A stretch of DNA of 63,287 nt, filler included, from Octopus bimaculoides (taxonomy: Eukaryota), in NCBI RefSeq assembly GCF_001194135.2. It is 6 parts of 6 records of this genome, joined end to end, with 100 filler letters (N's around TTAATTAATTAA, not from the genome) between each part and the next. Parts side by side here need not be neighbours in the genome. Positions count along the whole stretch, not along the records: positions 61,086 to 63,287 come from NW_026336763.1; 5 more parts are not named here. One strand, given 5' to 3'. The position numbers and the translations under genes were made by a program. Below are positions 62,225 to 63,287 of the stretch, piece by piece. Under the pieces are notes generated by a model. That model saw only the letters and a program-made list of their open reading frames with translations. It ran no database searches and was not told where the DNA came from. The first letter of the stretch is position 1. Each line of letters begins with the position of its first letter.

Positions 62225-63287
62225 GATATCCACAAATCCAAGTAAGGTGAGAGTTAACTACAAGTACAATGACGAATTTGGTGTACTAGTAGGCATTTAC
62301 CAATGACAGTCCACAGTTCCTTACTTTTCATCATTGTCCTCCAGGCTATAACAGAAGAATTCAAGACTAGCATCCTCTGGAACTACTATATGATGATGAT
62401 CTTACTCTCATTGCAGAATCTATATTAGAGATAGAAAAGAAATTTCCAGTGTGGAAGCAAAACCTGGAATCTAAGGGCCTTAAGGTTAACTTAGCAAACA
62501 CTAAGGTTTTAGTAAGCAAGAAAACAGACAAGAAGCTACACACTTCAGGTAAGTGACCTTGCTTGATTTGCAGGAAAGGTGTAGGCAGGAATTTCATGCC
62601 ATGTACCCATTGTAGGTTATGGAAGAGGTGCAATGGAATAATAGGAAGGTTAACAAAGAAAGTAGTGCTCATATGTGGAAAATGCACAGGAGCCATAAAA
62701 ACTACAGATACTCAGGAAATTGATTCTCTCAAATTCCCTGGAGGCTCTTTAGAGGTAGTGGATAATTTATGCCACCTAGGGAAACAAATTAGTTGTGGGG
62801 GGAGGATGTACAGAAAGTGTAATATCTAGAATAAGAATAGGATGGAGAAAATTCAGAGAGCTTTTATCTCTGTTGGCAACCAAATCTCTCTCTCCAAATG
62901 AAAGGACGACTGTATGATGCATGTATACAAACAGCAATTCTACATTGTAGTGAGACATGGGCCTTGAATGCAGAGGACATGCAAAGCTAGAGAAGAATGA
63001 GGCTAATATGCGCCACTGGATTTGTAATGTAAGTGTACATATATGACAAAGTGCTAATGTGTTGAGAGAAAAGTTAGGCATAAGAGGAATTAGATACTGT
63101 GTATGAGAGAGAAGAATGTGTTGGTTTGGTCATGTGATGTGGATGGATGTTGACAACCCAATAAAGAAGTTCTAATAACTCAAAGTGGATGGAACTCATG
63201 GAAGAGGGAGACTCAGGAAGACATGGGATGAACTTTTTGAAGGAGATGACAAAAGACTGAGATAACTGGTGCCTTGCTGTTCTCAAG
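62225..63287 (+). mobile_element. Second RTE-clade LINE copy (RT domain to C-terminus), running off the window edge
   Basis: SKVRV...LLFIIVLQAITEEF...ELLYDDDL (YADD) ...GLKVNLANTKVL, Cys-rich insert, LEVVDNLCHLG, RIRIGWRKFREL, WFGHV; degenerate. Confidence 0.9.

Overview
AT-rich animal genomic DNA, most likely octopus (cephalopod). That assignment is inferred from the SINE families, the RTE elements with (GAT)n tails and the dense microsatellites; it was not checked by search. A large share of the window is N gaps, and five gaps contain an artificial TTAATTAATTAA linker. I found no host protein-coding gene, rRNA, true tRNA or CRISPR array that I can support. Almost all supplied ORFs are artefacts of microsatellites or gaps. 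The recognisable content is decayed, often nested mobile DNA. Retroelements: Tx1/L1-clade LINEs, RTE LINEs, R4/Dong-like and CR1/L2-like fragments, a Penelope GIY-YIG fragment and several tRNA-derived SINE families. DNA elements: a Chapaev-type transposase, two maT (DD37D) elements, a mariner, a pogo-like MITE, and Helitron and Helentron-like pieces. The most interesting signals are: (1) several minimal Penelope-type hammerhead ribozymes, one with an intact catalytic core (26941-26981, minus); (2) a Cys-rich PHD-like module inside the RT domain of the RTE family; (3) a Tx1-like LINE tied to (CTAT)n repeats at both a 3' end and a probable 5' end; (4) a TA-flanked maT transposon carrying about 1.5 kb of nested cargo with a perfect 25-bp inverted repeat; (5) a 91-bp mini-Helitron. 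All family assignments come from recognising motifs by eye, and element boundaries are approximate unless TIRs or TSDs are quoted.
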